A stretch of 64,000 nucleotides of DNA from positions 2,484 to 66,483 of the forward strand of contig CAUQPM010000014.1 in assembly GCA_963520015.1 (NCBI GenBank). Direction: 5' to 3'. The notes beneath the pieces were generated by a model. It made no database searches. It was not told the DNA's origin and was given only the letters and a program-made list of their open reading frames with translations. The DNA comes from an uncultured Oscillospiraceae bacterium (lineage in GTDB: Bacteria > Bacillota > Clostridia > Oscillospirales > Acutalibacteraceae). The translations under genes and the position numbers were made by a program. Positions 32,630 through 42,934 of this stretch are shown here, piece after piece (positions within the stretch are counted from its first letter, which is position 1; each line of letters begins with the position of its first letter).

Positions 32630-33856
32630 ATGAAAAGAAAATTAACTTTTAAACAATTCCTGTTCCTTGTTCCGTTGATTCTAATTATAGCGGTCTTCTC
32701 CGTGTGGCCGATTTTGACTTCTTTTTCTTATTCCTTTTTTGATTATCAGCTGAATGACCTGCAGAAATCAAAGCTTAGTTTTTCAGGTGCGTTTTCGGCA
32801 GAGCGATTCAAGGAAAACAGTGAGTATGTAAAGCTGTTTTTAAACGATGACGCGTCGGCAGCTTCAAAAGACAATCAGGCTGCCGGTGATTTTGCCGCCG
32901 CCATTTCGGATACGGAAAAGTACATCCGGCAGTTTTCCACTTTAGCAACCGGAAAAATCCCTGCTGACAAAAGCCGGGAATATGTTACTGCGACGGAGAA
33001 GCTGCAGGGCGAAATAAAAGCGCTTTATCAAAATCATCCCAATTCAGAGTATGCAAATGCGGAGTCGTTACCTAAGATTTTTGAAGAGCTTCAAAAGGCG
33101 ATTTCTCCGTCCAACTTTATCGGACTGTCAGGATACGGCAAGATATTCAGTGATCAAAGGATGTTTTCCGCGCTGGGTCATACGGTGTATTTTACTTTGA
33201 TCTCTGTTTTTATTGAGTTTATTCTTGGGCTTGGTCTTGCTCTTATCATGAACAGGGCGATTCGGGGCATTGGGCTGATACGGGCCGGGGCTCTGATTCC
33301 GTGGGCTATTCCAACAGCGGTTTCCGCATTGATTTGGAGTTATCTTTACGACGGTTCGAATGGAATCATCTCGCATATTTTTGCGCAGGCAGGGCTGATT
33401 CCTTCATCGGAATCCATGCTTCTGTCCGGTTCGGGCGCCATGTTCGCTGTTATTTTAACGGACGTCTGGAAAACGACCCCGTATATGGCGCTTTTGCTGC
33501 TGGCCGGCTTACAGGTAATTGACAAAGGGCTGTATGAAAGCAGCTCCATCGACGGTGCGGGCAGGCTTCAAACATTTATTAAAATCACGCTTCCGCTTTT
33601 AAAGCCTTCCATACTGGTTGCGGTTTTATTCCGCACACTTGACGCCTTCCGTGTTTATGACCTGATTGCGGTTTTGACCGGCGGCGGCCCCGGTGGTTCG
33701 ACCGAAACACTTTCCGTTTACGCTTACAAAACAATGTTTTCTCAGACGAATTTTGGGTATGGTTCTATTCTTGTAATGTTCATGTTTCTATGCGTGATGA
33801 TAATTGCAGCCCTGTTCGTCAAAGTTTTGGGCGCCAATGTTATGTCTTCGGATTAG
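32630..33856 (+). CDS. Sugar ABC permease (MalF-like, long extracytoplasmic loop)
   Basis: LIPWAIP, DVWKTTP, LYESSSIDGA and GGPGGST. Confidence 0.9.
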   Translation: MKRKLTFKQFLFLVPLILIIAVFSVWPILTSFSYSFFDYQLNDLQKSKLSFSGAFSAERFKENSEYVKLFLNDDASAASKDNQAAGDFAAAISDTEKYIRQFSTLATGKIPADKSREYVTATEKLQGEIKALYQNHPNSEYANAESLPKIFEELQKAISPSNFIGLSGYGKIFSDQRMFSALGHTVYFTLISVFIEFILGLGLALIMNRAIRGIGLIRAGALIPWAIPTAVSALIWSYLYDGSNGIISHIFAQAGLIPSSESMLLSGSGAMFAVILTDVWKTTPYMALLLLAGLQVIDKGLYESSSIDGAGRLQTFIKITLPLLKPSILVAVLFRTLDAFRVYDLIAVLTGGGPGGSTETLSVYAYKTMFSQTNFGYGSILVMFMFLCVMIIAALFVKVLGANVMSSD

Positions 33857-33867
33857 GAGGAGTTAGC

Positions 33868-34692
33868 ATGAAAAAAACGGAAAATTATTTATTTTATATT
33901 TTAACAGCAGTTTTTTTAGTAATTATCCTGTTTCCCTTTTTCTGGATTTTGATTACGTCGGTTAAACCGTCAAACGAGATTTTTGGCGCCGAAGCATTCC
34001 GCATTTTCAGCAAAAATCCGACTTTACAAAATTACAACGCGGTTCTTAATGGAAAAAATATTTTAAGTTCCATCAAGAACAGCTTAGTTGTTTCATCTGT
34101 TACAACGCTCTATGTGATTTTCGTAGCGACAATGGCCGCCTATGCCATTTCCCGGTTTCACTTCCGTTTTAAAAATTTGCTGATGGGTCTCATCCTTGTG
34201 ATTTCCATGTTTCCGCAGATGATTATAGTTGGTCCGATTTTTAATTTGTTTACCACGCTGCACTGGACGAACTCTTATTTTATTGTGCTTCCGTATTCCA
34301 CGATTACCATTCCAATGGCTGTCTGGATTATGGTGGCTCATTTCGGCAATATACCGCTCTCCATTGAAGAATCGGCGAAAATCGACGGCGCTTCGCCTTT
34401 CCGTATTCTTTGGAATATTGTATTTCCGCTTGCGGCACCGGGTGTGTTTACCACCGCGATCATCACTTTTATTGCGGCGTGGAATGAATATTTATTGACA
34501 GCTACCCTGAATACGGAAATTTCCATGCAAACGGTTCCCGTGGCAATTTCCTTCTTACGGACACAATTCCAAATTCTGTGGGGAGAAGTTTCAGCGGCTA
34601 CTGTAATCGTTACGATACCTACGATTATTATTGTATTGATTTTTCAAAAAAGGATCGTTTCGGGTCTTGTTTCAGGAGCGGTAAAGGAGTAA
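33868..34692 (+). CDS. Sugar ABC permease (MalG-like)
   Basis: IEESAKIDGA and AWNEY; GGAGG RBS. Confidence 0.92.
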   Translation: MKKTENYLFYILTAVFLVIILFPFFWILITSVKPSNEIFGAEAFRIFSKNPTLQNYNAVLNGKNILSSIKNSLVVSSVTTLYVIFVATMAAYAISRFHFRFKNLLMGLILVISMFPQMIIVGPIFNLFTTLHWTNSYFIVLPYSTITIPMAVWIMVAHFGNIPLSIEESAKIDGASPFRILWNIVFPLAAPGVFTTAIITFIAAWNEYLLTATLNTEISMQTVPVAISFLRTQFQILWGEVSAATVIVTIPTIIIVLIFQKRIVSGLVSGAVKE

Positions 34693-36998
34693 TGATGGAG
34701 CAAAATAATTATGTCTATGAAGTTAAAAATTTCAGTCTGGGGAATAGCCAACTGATGCTTTGCGAAACACTTTTCCATAATGCCAACGGGTATTTGGGGG
34801 TGCGCTCCAATTTTGAAGAAGGATATCCCATTGATTTTCAATCGATAAGGGGCGAATACCTGAACGGGTTTTATGACTACACGGAAATGAAGCAGGCGGA
34901 AAATCTGTGCGGTCTGACGGAAGAAAAGCAAACCATGCTGAATGTTGCCGACACACAGGGTATTCTGCTTTACCTTGACGGTGAGGTATTCAGCATGTTT
35001 GAGGGCGAAGTGTTGCAAAGCGTCCGTCGGCTGGATATGGAAAAAGGAATCACCGTGCGTCATGTGATATGGCGTTCCCCCGGACAAAAAGAAGTGGAAA
35101 TCGACATTATAAGAATGGCGTCTTTTGAAATGCTGCCGCTTTTTACCATAGAATACCGTGTAAAAGCGCTTAATTTCAACGGACAGATCGCGATACAGTC
35201 CACGCATGTCGGCAGTGTGCTGAATTACAGCGCGCCGGGGGATCCGCGTGTTTCCAGTGAAACACTGCAGCATCTGATTTCGGAAGAAGCGGTGTATACT
35301 GCGGACGGTTGCTCTGTCATTACTGCCCATACGTCAAAGTCCGGTCTTTCCGTGACCAGTGTGGTGAAAAATGTGGTTTCAAAACCTGCGCTTGTACGGC
35401 AGAAAACCCAAAACAGCTCAGCAATGCAACGGTTCAATGTGGAGATTGGCATGGGGGAAACGGTCACACTGATCAAATACACAGTTCTGTGCGACACGAT
35501 CCGCTACCCTGATTGCCGCGGTGAAGCGTTGGGACTTATGAGTCAGGCTGTCGCCAAACCGCTTTCCCATTGGTACTGTAAACAGGAAGAATACCTTAAA
35601 AAGTATTGGGAGAACGGTGCGGTTCATCTGGAGGGTGACGATGAATTAAGCGAAGCGATTACCTATAATCTTTATGAACTGATTCAATCGGTAGGAAAGG
35701 ACCCGCACAGCAATATTGCCGCAAAGGGCCTTTCCGGTGAGGGTTATGAAGGGCATTATTTTTGGGATACGGAAATGTATATTCAGCCGTATTTTTTACT
35801 GACCAAACCCGAAATTGCTAAAAATCTGATTGCATACCGTTATACCACACTTGACGCAGCGCGTGAAAATGCACGTCTGCTTGGGCATCAAAAAGGTGCC
35901 CTTTACCCTTGGCGCACTATTATGGGAAAAGAGTGTTCCGGCTATTTTCCATCCGGAAGTGCGCAGTATCATATCAACGGCGACATTGCCTATTCCATTG
36001 TAAATTATTATCTTGTAACAAAAGATATCGACTTTATAGTACGCTGCGGTGCGGAAATTGTCTTTGAGACCGCACGGCTTTGGCTGGATGTGGGAAACTA
36101 TTATGAAGGCAGGTTCCAAATTAACTGCGTGACAGGCCCGGATGAATACACCTGTATTGTAAATAACAATTATTACACGAATGTGATTGCACGGCACAAC
36201 TTAAAATGGGCGGTTAAATTTTATGAGCTGCTCAAAACGCAGGGATATCTTTTACCGATTGCGGATAAGATTAGCTTAACGGATGATGAAATTGCCGTGT
36301 TTCAAGGGGCCGCGGAGTGTATGTATCTTCCTTATGACAAGGAATTGGATATCAACCCGCAGGACGATTCCTTTTTAATGAAGAAGAGGTGGAATTTAAA
36401 AGATACTCCGCGTGACAATCATCCGCTGCTGCTTCATTATCATCCGCTTTATCTTTATCGATACCAGGTGTGCAAGCAGGCCGATACCGTTTTGGCTCAC
36501 TTTATATTGGAGGATGAGCAGGAACTGTCCACCATGCGTAACTCCTTCGCATATTATGAGGAAATTACGACGCACGATTCGTCACTTTCATCCTGCATTT
36601 TCTGTATTATGGCGTCACGCCTCGGGATGCCCGAAAAAGCTTACGACTATTTTGGGGAATCGTCCAAGATGGATTTGTTGAATACACACAATAACACAAA
36701 GGACGGAATTCATACGGCTAATATGGGCGGGGCCTATATGTCAATCGTATATGGATTTGGCGGACTGCGCATTAAGGCGGACGGGCTGCATCTTGCACCT
36801 GCCCTGCCTTCTCAATGGACGGAATACGACTTTAAACTGCAGAACGGGGACAGTTTGATTCAAGTGGCGGTCAAAGGGGATTCCGGCGAAGTCACCCTGC
36901 TAAGCGGAACAGAAAAGAACCTGTTTATCTATGACAGGGAATATACATTGCAGGATCGCCTCGTCTTTCCACTGGAAAAGTGGGGAATTGCAGAATGA
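34692..36998 (+). CDS. Glycoside hydrolase family 65 phosphorylase (kojibiose/trehalose/maltose phosphorylase-like)
   Basis: ANGYLGVR, KGLSGEGYEGHYFWDTE, GPDEY, KQADT and HDSSLS. Confidence 0.93.
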   Translation: MMEQNNYVYEVKNFSLGNSQLMLCETLFHNANGYLGVRSNFEEGYPIDFQSIRGEYLNGFYDYTEMKQAENLCGLTEEKQTMLNVADTQGILLYLDGEVFSMFEGEVLQSVRRLDMEKGITVRHVIWRSPGQKEVEIDIIRMASFEMLPLFTIEYRVKALNFNGQIAIQSTHVGSVLNYSAPGDPRVSSETLQHLISEEAVYTADGCSVITAHTSKSGLSVTSVVKNVVSKPALVRQKTQNSSAMQRFNVEIGMGETVTLIKYTVLCDTIRYPDCRGEALGLMSQAVAKPLSHWYCKQEEYLKKYWENGAVHLEGDDELSEAITYNLYELIQSVGKDPHSNIAAKGLSGEGYEGHYFWDTEMYIQPYFLLTKPEIAKNLIAYRYTTLDAARENARLLGHQKGALYPWRTIMGKECSGYFPSGSAQYHINGDIAYSIVNYYLVTKDIDFIVRCGAEIVFETARLWLDVGNYYEGRFQINCVTGPDEYTCIVNNNYYTNVIARHNLKWAVKFYELLKTQGYLLPIADKISLTDDEIAVFQGAAECMYLPYDKELDINPQDDSFLMKKRWNLKDTPRDNHPLLLHYHPLYLYRYQVCKQADTVLAHFILEDEQELSTMRNSFAYYEEITTHDSSLSSCIFCIMASRLGMPEKAYDYFGESSKMDLLNTHNNTKDGIHTANMGGAYMSIVYGFGGLRIKADGLHLAPALPSQWTEYDFKLQNGDSLIQVAVKGDSGEVTLLSGTEKNLFIYDREYTLQDRLVFPLEKWGIAE

Positions 36999-37642
36999 AA
37001 TATCATGGCGCAATATTCGATTTGGACGGAGTGCTGGTGGACACCGCGAAGTATCACTATTTGGCGTGGAAAGAACTGGCTGGAAACCTTGGATTCGAAT
37101 TTACAGCCGAACAGAATGAGTGGCTTAAAGGCGTATCACGCATGGATTCCTTAAACATTCTTTTGGAGGCGGGCGGAATGCAGAACCGTTTCTCCCAAAA
37201 GGAGAAGGAACAGATGGCGTCATGGAAAAACGACCGGTATGTACGATTTGTAACAGAATTAAATTCATCGGAACTGCTTGCCGGTGCAGAGCCGCTTTTG
37301 ACGGAACTCAGAAGCCGCAATGTAAAAATTGCGCTCGGTTCCGCCAGCAAAAATGCTCAGATGATATTAAAAAACACAGGAATATTCTTATTTTTTGATG
37401 CGATTGTTGACGGAAACAGTGTTTCCAGAGCAAAACCGGACCCGCAGATATTTCTGCTCGGCGCCGATGCGCTTGGACTTGCTAACAGTGACTGTGTGGT
37501 GTTAGAGGACTCGGAGGCAGGGCTGCAGGCAGCTCGACGGGCAGGAATCTTAGCTGTTGGCATAGGGAACCGGCGAAATCTGCAAAGCGCTGATGAAGTG
37601 TATCCAAACCTTTTAAAATTTGAAACAGACCGTTATTTTTAA
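36995..37642 (+). CDS. pgmB: Beta-phosphoglucomutase
   Basis: FDLDGVLVDTAKYHYLAW, KGVSR, SASKNA and KPDP; follows the GH65 gene. Confidence 0.93.
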   Translation: MKYHGAIFDLDGVLVDTAKYHYLAWKELAGNLGFEFTAEQNEWLKGVSRMDSLNILLEAGGMQNRFSQKEKEQMASWKNDRYVRFVTELNSSELLAGAEPLLTELRSRNVKIALGSASKNAQMILKNTGIFLFFDAIVDGNSVSRAKPDPQIFLLGADALGLANSDCVVLEDSEAGLQAARRAGILAVGIGNRRNLQSADEVYPNLLKFETDRYF

Positions 37643-37775
37643 TTTGAAAAAAGCTCCTGCTCTGGACTGTTTCAGATTAATCGAACAGAGAAAAATCCGT
37701 GCTTCAGAATATTATCGATTTACGCAAGCTAAATGTTCCATAGACATTTGTGAGGCATTCGTGCTTCATCTGCCG

Positions 37776-37821
37776 AAAATAGCCTCCTGCTGTAGTTTTT
37801 ATTACAACAGGAGGCTGTTTT
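37776..37821 (+). terminator. Intrinsic terminator
   Basis: AAAATAGCCTCCTG / CAGGAGGCTGTTTT. Confidence 0.7.
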
Positions 37822-38082
37822 ATAGTTTCAGCGATGGTTGCTGATTGTTTGCGCTGTATTTATGATTTTAAAGCGATATACACTATGGCGATCAGTGTAT
37901 GAAACGCAACTGCTTCTATGTGCGTACTGCCAAGAATGAAAATGTTTACAAGGAAGTATGATTTGCGTATACAGGATTACCGTTTTTTTATATTAAAGGA
38001 AGATAGAAGATAGACTTTTTCTCATTTTGATATATAATATAAGGATACTAAAAATCCAGTTGGGTTCGGGAAAGGTAATGTA

Positions 38083-40149
38083 ATGTTTAATAAAAGTGAA
38101 ACAGAAGAAAAAAAGTATCTTGAAATTATCTTGGCAAAGCTTCGTGAAGCAGCGCAGAAATTGGATGTAAAAATGTCCGATTATTCAAAGGTAATTCAAG
38201 AAACAAAAAAATATATTTGGGAAAATCTATCTCAGTTTGACTCAGTCGAAAAAACAGCAAACAGATTGTCGGTGCATCAATCGGTTGACTCTGCAGAGGA
38301 TGCGGCGAAAGAACAAAGGCGGATTTTTAAACTAATCAGCTCCCCTTATTTCGGCAGGATTGACTTTGCACGATACGATGAAACAACTGCAAAATCTTAT
38401 TACATTGGGATTCATTCTTTTACCAATGAAAAGAACTTTGAAATTCTGATATATGACTGGCGCGCGCCGATATCGAGTTTGTTTTATGATTTTGAAATAG
38501 GAAAAGCTTTTTTCATGGCGCCCATCGGCAGGATTGATGGTGAAATTTCATTAAAAAGACAGTATAAGATTAAAGACAGTGTAATGCAGTACATGATTGA
38601 AAGTTCCATTAATATTAATGATGATATTCTTCAAAAAGAATTAAGCAGCACTTCGGATGAAAAAATGAAGAATATTGTTGCTACCATTCAAAAAGAACAA
38701 AATGTTATTATCAGAAATGACACTTCAAATATTCTGATCATTCAAGGAGTAGCGGGCTCCGGAAAAACCTCGATTGCTTTGCACCGGGTTGCCTTCCTGC
38801 TTTATAAATTTAAAAAAACATTAAACTCTAAAAACATTCTGATTATTTCTCCAAACAAGGTTTTTGCAGACTATATTTCAAACGTATTGCCGGAACTTGG
38901 TGAGGAGGAAATTTTGGAAATAGGCTTTGATGAAATAGCGGAAAAACAGATTGGCACTCAATATAAATTCCAAACCTTTTATCAGCAGGTATCCGAACTG
39001 ATTGATGAAGTGGACGACGCTATTGTTGAGCGTATAAAATTTAAAGCCACAATTGATTTTGTAAAAGAACTGGATGCATTTTTAGAACATGCAAATACCG
39101 AATATTTTATTCCTGCGGATATCGAATTTGATACGGTAAGCATTTCAAAAGATTATCTAATGCGCCGATATACGGCGTATAATAAAATACCGATTCAGCA
39201 AAGACTGGACCTGTTGGCCTCAGATATCATTGAAAGCAGCAGGACCAGTGACGGTAAGATGTTGAAGTCTTATGCTACCAGGAAAATTAAATCCGATATT
39301 CAAAAAATGTTCAAATCTGAAGATGCATTAACATTATATAAAGACTTTTATCATCATATTGGAAAGCCCGAAATGTTTCATTTCAAAGAATCACAAACAT
39401 TTGAATTTGCAGATGTATTCCCGTTTATTTACGTAAAGATATTTTTTAACGGGACAGAGAATTATCATTATGTGAAGCATTTGTTAGTGGATGAAATGCA
39501 GGATTATACGCCGATACAGTATGCGGTTCTATCAAAACTGTTTAAATGTAAAATGACAATATTGGGTGACAGCAGCCAGTCTGTCAATCCCTACAGCTCG
39601 ACTTCCCTTGAAGAAATCAATAAGGTTTTTACAGAAGCCGATTGTGTCGAACTTTGCAAGAGCTATCGCTCTACGTTTGAAATTACAAATTTTGCACAGA
39701 AAATACAAAAGAATAAAAAACTAATCCCTATTGAGCGGCACGGTGAAGAACCGATGATTACCCAGTGCACAGATAAAAGCGATGAGCTTGACAAAGTGAA
39801 AAATGCGATCACAGAGTTCTTGAAATCGAGTTTCAGCTCGCTTGGAATTATCTGCAAAACGCAGGAGCAGGCGGATGAAGTATATAAAACGATGAAAAGT
39901 TCGGGCTTCAAAATATCCTTATTAGATGGCGAAAGCAAAGAGTTTAAGAATGGAATTATCATTACTCCGTCCTTTATCGCGAAAGGATTGGAGTTCGACC
40001 AAGTGATCATTCCGTTTGTCTGCGAAGAGACCTATAAGACTGATTTAGATAAAAGCATGCTGTACGTTGCCTGCACCAGAGCAATGCATAAATTGGATTT
40101 AACCTATTCCGGCACGGTGACCTCTTTGCTGAAGAATAATATTTCATAA
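38083..40149 (+). CDS. helD: HelD-like SF1 helicase-family ATPase (RNA polymerase recycling factor family)
   Basis: SPYFGRIDF, YDWRAP, IVATIQKEQN, GVAGSGKT, DEMQD, KGLEFD and LYVACTRA. Confidence 0.8.
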   Translation: MFNKSETEEKKYLEIILAKLREAAQKLDVKMSDYSKVIQETKKYIWENLSQFDSVEKTANRLSVHQSVDSAEDAAKEQRRIFKLISSPYFGRIDFARYDETTAKSYYIGIHSFTNEKNFEILIYDWRAPISSLFYDFEIGKAFFMAPIGRIDGEISLKRQYKIKDSVMQYMIESSININDDILQKELSSTSDEKMKNIVATIQKEQNVIIRNDTSNILIIQGVAGSGKTSIALHRVAFLLYKFKKTLNSKNILIISPNKVFADYISNVLPELGEEEILEIGFDEIAEKQIGTQYKFQTFYQQVSELIDEVDDAIVERIKFKATIDFVKELDAFLEHANTEYFIPADIEFDTVSISKDYLMRRYTAYNKIPIQQRLDLLASDIIESSRTSDGKMLKSYATRKIKSDIQKMFKSEDALTLYKDFYHHIGKPEMFHFKESQTFEFADVFPFIYVKIFFNGTENYHYVKHLLVDEMQDYTPIQYAVLSKLFKCKMTILGDSSQSVNPYSSTSLEEINKVFTEADCVELCKSYRSTFEITNFAQKIQKNKKLIPIERHGEEPMITQCTDKSDELDKVKNAITEFLKSSFSSLGIICKTQEQADEVYKTMKSSGFKISLLDGESKEFKNGIIITPSFIAKGLEFDQVIIPFVCEETYKTDLDKSMLYVACTRAMHKLDLTYSGTVTSLLKNNIS

Positions 40150-40177
40150 AGCGTATTTAATCTAAACAGCGAATTGA

Positions 40178-40215
40178 AACAAAGCGGGTAAATCTTGTGA
40201 TTTACCCGCTTTGTT
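40178..40215. terminator. Bidirectional terminator
   Basis: Perfect 17-bp stem AACAAAGCGGGTAAATC / GATTTACCCGCTTTGTT. Confidence 0.8.
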
Positions 40216-40309
40216 AAAGTCAATTACGGTTCAAAACCTTTGGCACGCGCACGCGCTTTTTCTGTCTCAGCAGACCTTACCATCGGCTTTAGCAAATGGT
40301 AATTGACTT
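40216..40309. repeat. Dispersed ~90-bp element with inverted ends, copy 2
   Basis: 11-bp inverted ends AAGTCAATTAC / GTAATTGACTT; 5' half shared with 7601-7645. Confidence 0.8.
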
Positions 40310-40925
40310 ACGATACTTCTTTCATTAGTATATGGCAGATGAAGTCTGCCGCCTGATCAATTCTGTCAGCGCAATTACTCATATGACGATACAGCTCCCT
40401 CATTTTAATAATGTACTTGATATCGTCGCCGCTCAGCAGCTCTGCAATGGATTCCCGGTAAAGTGCTTCCACCTTGTTTTCGCTTTTTTTCGCTTTCATT
40501 GCATTTTCCATCGACGCAGCCGGGTCGGATTTAATCCGGTAAATTGCGTCGCAGATATTCTGGCTTCCGGATTGAAGCAGTGAGACAAACTCTATCAGCT
40601 CGGGGGAGGAATCGATTCTGTAAATTTCTATTTCATTAACAGCTGTTTTATAATAATCGAGTATATCATCAAGTGATTTTGATAAAATGTAAATATCTTC
40701 ACGGTCAAATGGCGTTATGAAGGTTTTACTCAGATTTTGTACCAGCTCCTGCCGCTTCTTGTCGGCTTCTTTTTCCAGTGTTTTCACTTTTTCGGAATAC
40801 TCCGGATTGGCCGTTTCCACATAAAGTGCGAGTGCATTGACCGATTCGATCAGGAAGTTGGACTGTTCTTCCAATAATTTATAAAAGTCAATTTTTTTCC
40901 CTAGAATTTTTATTAATTTCATCAT
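40308..40925 (-). CDS. DUF47 / PhoU-like phosphate transport accessory protein
   Basis: LEKEAD, FITPFDREDI and LDDILD; adjacent to the PiT gene. Confidence 0.9.
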   Translation of the reverse strand: MMKLIKILGKKIDFYKLLEEQSNFLIESVNALALYVETANPEYSEKVKTLEKEADKKRQELVQNLSKTFITPFDREDIYILSKSLDDILDYYKTAVNEIEIYRIDSSPELIEFVSLLQSGSQNICDAIYRIKSDPAASMENAMKAKKSENKVEALYRESIAELLSGDDIKYIIKMRELYRHMSNCADRIDQAADFICHILMKEVS

Positions 40926-40934
40926 GATTTACCT

Positions 40935-41939
40935 CTATAGATGACATAAAATCAGGTAAAATCCAGCCGAAAGCAGCAATGCTGCCGGAATGGTGATTAC
41001 CCAGGCGGTTAACATTCTTTTTGCGTATTCCCATCCAACGGCATTCGGCCGGTCAGCCGCGCCTACACCCAGGATAGCAGAATTTACAATTTGTGTGCCG
41101 CTAATCGGAAAACCGAGCAAGGACGCCGAACCAATCACCGCAAGTGCGGACACCTGCGCGCTCATGGAATGAAGTGCCTTCACACAATAGATTTTGGTGC
41201 CCACACTCTTAATGATTCTAAGTCCGCCGATAATTAAACCGGACGAGATTGCCAGAGCCGACCAGAAGAGCATCCTGCCTGAAATATTTAAACTGCCGCT
41301 GCTGGAACCGGCCATTAGCAGCAATGCGAGTACGCCGATTCCTTTTTGCGCATCATTGGAACCTTGAAACGCATTAATTGATGCGCATGTGATGACTTGC
41401 GACAGCCGGAACATGTTTTTGATGTGAATCCCGTGTTTTCCAAAGCAAACTACGTTAATTTTATAGATTAAAAATCCGAAAACATATCCAATCAGCGGTG
41501 AGGTAAACAGGGGCAGAAGCACGCTGAAAACCAAACCGTTCAGTTGGATGGCGCCTATACCGAATTTTACGATAAACGGCCCCATCAGGCCGCCGACAAT
41601 AGCGTGTGAGGAACTGGACGGAATCCGGAAAATCCATGTGATGATATTCCAGATAATAGCGCTAAGCATAGCTGCGCAGATCATAACGGACATTTCTTTC
41701 GGATCTTTTGTGATCTGATCCAGATTAAGCAGATTCGAAATGGTGCGCACAGCTACTTTTGTGCCAAGAAATATGGTTCCTAAAAACTGTGACACAAAAG
41801 CCAGTGTAAAAATTACATAGATGTTTAACGAACGTGATGTGATAATGGTAGCGATTAAATTTCCTTCATCATGAAAGCCTGTAATAAATATGAAGAGAAA
41901 AATCAGGGCTACAGAAATATAAAAGAACAAGACAGACAC
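40935..41939 (-). CDS. Inorganic phosphate transporter (PiT family)
   Basis: GFHDEGN, IPSSSSHA, GSNDAQK, PISGTQ and AWVITIP; GTG start. Confidence 0.88.
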   Translation of the reverse strand: MSVLFFYISVALIFLFIFITGFHDEGNLIATIITSRSLNIYVIFTLAFVSQFLGTIFLGTKVAVRTISNLLNLDQITKDPKEMSVMICAAMLSAIIWNIITWIFRIPSSSSHAIVGGLMGPFIVKFGIGAIQLNGLVFSVLLPLFTSPLIGYVFGFLIYKINVVCFGKHGIHIKNMFRLSQVITCASINAFQGSNDAQKGIGVLALLLMAGSSSGSLNISGRMLFWSALAISSGLIIGGLRIIKSVGTKIYCVKALHSMSAQVSALAVIGSASLLGFPISGTQIVNSAILGVGAADRPNAVGWEYAKRMLTAWVITIPAALLLSAGFYLILCHL

Positions 41940-42064
41940 CTACTTTTGGGAATTTACGCTGTATCACAAACAGCAAAGCAGGAAACGGCTGCAGTTGTGC
42001 TTTCTTCCGCTTTCCTGCTCTTGATTTTTAGATCATTGATTGTCTCAATATATATGTAATAAAA

Positions 42065-42868
42065 TTATTGAACAGAGTTGAAATCGGAGCGGCCTCCCAT
42101 CAAGATATGCTCCACTCCCTCGGAAAACCCGAAACCGCCTTCCAGCGTTGTAACATATTTGGGAAGACACTTCATTTGATCAATAAAAGGCACAACATTT
42201 GCGACGCCGCAGCTGTTGGGGAAATAAGTAAACATCGGTTCATCATTTGGGGAATCACCGAAGAAAATTACGCTGTTTTGAATGTCACTCTCGCCCAAAA
42301 TCTTTTGCAGAAAGAGCCGTGCCATCTTTAGCTTGTCATATTTTCCATACCATACATTAACATGAATCGAACTGATCTTGGCTTCCGCTCCCATAGAAAT
42401 ACAGATATCTTTAATTTTTTGCGCTGCCTCAAGTCCCAGATGCGGAGAATCTTCATTGAAGTCGATTGCAAGGTCATACTGGCGGAACGGTTGATCTTTT
42501 GTGACGCGGCAGCCCGGAACCTGTTCGATGCACGCTGTTTTGACAGCGTCAAGCTGTCTGTGAATTTCTGAAGTGGCAACTTCAGGGTGGATAAATGTCT
42601 TAAACTGAGAATCTTGAAAGTAGTATACGAAAGCGCCGTTTTCACCCACTACCGCATCCACGGGCCATTCTCTTATGATTAAATCACACCATCCGGCCGG
42701 ACGGCCTGTAACGGGAATTACATGATACCCCGCACGATGCAGTTTCCACATTGCGCTGTAGGCTTCCGGCATCAGTTTGCCGTTGTTCGTAATTGTGTCG
42801 TCAATATCGCATAAAACATATTTTATTTTAGATACGCTTTGAGCGTCTAGCTCTTTGATTGGTTTCAT
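42065..42868 (-). CDS. HAD-IIB family hydrolase
   Basis: CDIDDTIT, VTGRP and GDSPNDEPMF. Confidence 0.9.
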   Translation of the reverse strand: MKPIKELDAQSVSKIKYVLCDIDDTITNNGKLMPEAYSAMWKLHRAGYHVIPVTGRPAGWCDLIIREWPVDAVVGENGAFVYYFQDSQFKTFIHPEVATSEIHRQLDAVKTACIEQVPGCRVTKDQPFRQYDLAIDFNEDSPHLGLEAAQKIKDICISMGAEAKISSIHVNVWYGKYDKLKMARLFLQKILGESDIQNSVIFFGDSPNDEPMFTYFPNSCGVANVVPFIDQMKCLPKYVTTLEGGFGFSEGVEHILMGGRSDFNSVQ

Positions 42869-42934
42869 TTGCTGTTCCTTTCGAGAATGCTTTTCGGTTG
42901 CAACATGATGTATTCAGCCCATTGCCGGCGGGTA

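Noticed and set aside
37620..37844. 74-aa ORF after pgmB
   Set aside because: It has a TTG start inside pgmB, runs through the terminator hairpin and has no motif.
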